A stretch of 64,000 nt of DNA from Candidatus Poribacteria bacterium (GTDB taxonomy: Bacteria > Poribacteria > WGA-4E > WGA-3G), in the NCBI GenBank assembly GCA_965197475.1, contig CBDANF010000003.1, forward strand, positions 3,808,001 through 3,872,000. The letters are read 5' to 3'. Below the pieces are notes generated by a model, which made no database searches, was not told the DNA's origin, and saw only the letters and a program-made list of their open reading frames with translations. Below are positions 62,032-64,000 of this stretch, piece by piece; within the stretch, counting starts at the first letter, position 1; each line of letters starts with the position of its first letter. Position numbers and translations under genes: made by a program.

Positions 62032-62041
62032 GAACCTCTTT

Positions 62042-62342
62042 AGTCCTGTAGGGACAGGATGTTTATAGAAACGTGTTGTTACGATATCTTTAGCTCCGTA
62101 GAAGCGGTATGTGAGTGCCAATTGTGTTTTCGGACAAGGATAACCTATTTATAGACATATCGCCCCGCTGGGGCTGTCCAAAGTATTTTTCAACGACTTC
62201 TGTCAGTCCGTAAAATCGCAGAAAAATATAAGTTTTACAAGATTAAACATTAGCCCCAGTGGGGCGACAGGTGTATCAAACTCTGTAGCGCAAACTTTTA
62301 GTTTGCGTCTAATAGGGCACAAACTAAAAGTTTGTGCTATAA
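62042..62342. repeat. REP/BIME-like palindrome cluster
   Basis: Inverted pairs acatatcgccccgctggggct / agccccagtggggcgacaggtgt and gtagcgcaaacttttagtttgcg / gcacaaactaaaagtttgtgctat. Confidence 0.6.
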
Positions 62343-62415
62343 CGCGCCAGCGATTCAGACAAGCGACAGTTCCTAAAATTGTCCAAACTTTAATATTTTA
62401 CACTGGAGGAAAAAG

Positions 62416-63222
62416 ATGAAATTTAGAATCCAAATTAAACACATAGCAGTTTGTTTAACTGTTATCATTTTCACGGTGTCAATTACCGGTATCAGCCATT
62501 CTGCCGTGATTGACGGGGACACTATTGAGTTCGCCTATCTCTTTGACGATGGAAACGAAAACGTTGCCAAAGACTTCTCTAATAATGGTCGAGATGGTGA
62601 AATCATTGGGGCAAAATACGTTGAGGGTGTCTTTGGGACCTGCCTGGAATTCGATGGGGATGATGATAACGTCATTGTCACAGGTTACAACGGCATCGGT
62701 GGCTCTGAACCACGAACGACTATTTTCTGGTTTAAAACTACAGTTGTAAGAGCTCATTCCTTGGTTAAATGGGGAGTGAATAGTTCGGGACAAAAATACT
62801 ACATCCGGGCGCACCCATCAGGCAATGAATGCTTTTTGCGGGTGGAAGTCAACGGTGGTAACGATATCGGTACAGACAACATCTGCGATGGCGAGTGGCA
62901 CCACATAGCTGTCGTTTTGCCAATAGGGTCGGATGCTGTGGAAGCTCACGACCTATATATAGACGGTGAACTTCAGGAAACAACGGGAGTCAAACACGCC
63001 ATGGGCACGAACATTGAGACGCAAGCGGTCAATATTGGTGCAAAGTTGACAGGTGGCACCCACGCCTTTATGCTCGGTTCATTTGATGAAGTCGCTATCT
63101 TCAATGTTGACTTGAGTTTGAGTCAGATTGATGCCATCCGACAGAACGGATTAGAAGGGGCCACCAGTGTAGACCCACAAGGTAAATTAGCCACAAGTTG
63201 GGGGATGATTAAGAAATATTAA
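62416..63222 (+). CDS. Secreted LamG protein
   Basis: Signal peptide, YLFDDG, GVFGTCLEFDG, DGEWHH, GSFDEVAIFN, C-terminal SVDPQGKLATSWGMIK. Confidence 0.85.
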   Translation: MKFRIQIKHIAVCLTVIIFTVSITGISHSAVIDGDTIEFAYLFDDGNENVAKDFSNNGRDGEIIGAKYVEGVFGTCLEFDGDDDNVIVTGYNGIGGSEPRTTIFWFKTTVVRAHSLVKWGVNSSGQKYYIRAHPSGNECFLRVEVNGGNDIGTDNICDGEWHHIAVVLPIGSDAVEAHDLYIDGELQETTGVKHAMGTNIETQAVNIGAKLTGGTHAFMLGSFDEVAIFNVDLSLSQIDAIRQNGLEGATSVDPQGKLATSWGMIKKY

Positions 63223-63410
63223 CCCATCTTCTGTAGAGTGACCTCTTGGAGATTAAAGTCTGTTGGTGTAATAACATTGGCAGAGAACGGCAGATATCAA
63301 ACACTTTAAGGTCTCGCTATGAGGGAGGGCGTGTAGAGAAAATATTCCCAACCTGAAAAATGCTTATGTTTACAACCGTCCTGCGGGAAGACGTAAAACT
63401 CACGCACGTC

Positions 63411-63458
63411 TATGACGTGACTTTCATAGACAGATATGACGTGACTTTCATAGACAGA
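63411..63458. repeat. 24-bp tandem duplication
   Basis: tatgacgtgactttcatagacaga x2. Confidence 0.85.
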
Positions 63459-63578
63459 CTCCTGCGTCCTGCGAGGAGACGTTAAAACCCTCACACTTAC
63501 CATAAATGGAGGTGGAAAAAAATGAGATTATTACTGTAAGCACAGTTGGAAACAGCGCATACCGAAGATGTCCGAGCT

Positions 63579-63604
63579 GGTAGGTCCGGTTTCTAACCGC
63601 ACCG
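63579..63604. repeat. REP-like palindrome
   Basis: ggtaggtccggtttctaaccgcaccg; near-identical to the reverse complement of 19333-19357. Confidence 0.65.
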
Positions 63605-63626
63605 AAACAAAAATAGGAGAAATAAA

Positions 63627-64000
63627 GTGAAAACAAGTTTTATGTTTCATGTTTCAGTTCTTTTGATGGCAGTGCTGATTTTCAGCACGTCGTTTACCAC
63701 GCTCGCGCAACAGGTTCCGCCGCAGACTCAAACAGAATCTGCGGCGGCACGAGATACAAACACTATGCGTCTTGAGATAAAAGCCGCTGCAGAACAGGAT
63801 GCGAGTAGCGATATCAATAGATTTTTGTGGTTCGGGACAGGTGTAGGTATTACTGTCCTTAGCTGTACAACCGGTATGATCGTTGGGTTGGCTACAGGTT
63901 CAGAAAGTGATTATTTCGGTTACGGGTGCATTGATCCTAATTTGTTTGGAGTGTTTGGATGTGCCGTAGTTAGTCTCTTCGTTCCATTCACTGCGATTTA
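63627..64000 (+). CDS. Hypothetical secreted/membrane protein (3' truncated by window edge)
   Basis: AGGAG RBS, GTG start, signal peptide, KAAAEQDASSDINRFLWFGTG then hydrophobic segments; open to the window end. Confidence 0.65.
   Translation, partial: MKTSFMFHVSVLLMAVLIFSTSFTTLAQQVPPQTQTESAAARDTNTMRLEIKAAAEQDASSDINRFLWFGTGVGITVLSCTTGMIVGLATGSESDYFGYGCIDPNLFGVFGCAVVSLFVPFTAI

Noticed and set aside
63411-63458. Possible CRISPR array
   Set aside because: Only two adjacent copies with no spacer and no cas genes

Overview
Bacterial chromosomal window, most likely Candidatus Poribacteria (inferred from the secreted LamG proteins ending in a 'KLAxxWGxIK' motif, multiple PhyH dioxygenases and REP/MITE-like repeats; not verified by search). 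Housekeeping and metabolic genes include adk, xylA-like, ygfZ/gcvT-like, usp, TatT/DctP, DegT, gpmI, prs, nadD-like, mazG, cimA, dacB, sodA and a GHMP kinase-GalU fusion. They are interspersed with accessory loci. (i) A defence island at ~12.7-28.3 kb holds a type III R-M system whose mod and res genes are separated by vapB, a broken vapC, a DUF3696-type ABC ATPase and a frameshifted PIN-like/MIT_C(PLD-like) gene; an IS5 remnant and a disrupted giant HEPN-like protein follow. (ii) A HigB toxin is paired with a HigA toxin-binding segment fused to a long TPR array instead of an HTH. (iii) A 1119-aa Prim-Pol(AEP)-like/Cys-cluster/wHTH protein. (iv) An Omp85 protein with DUF4097 and CBM9 passenger-like domains. 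(v) An apparently intact IS1595-family element with TIRs and a target duplication. No rRNA, tRNA or CRISPR array was seen. All domain calls come from motif recognition by eye.
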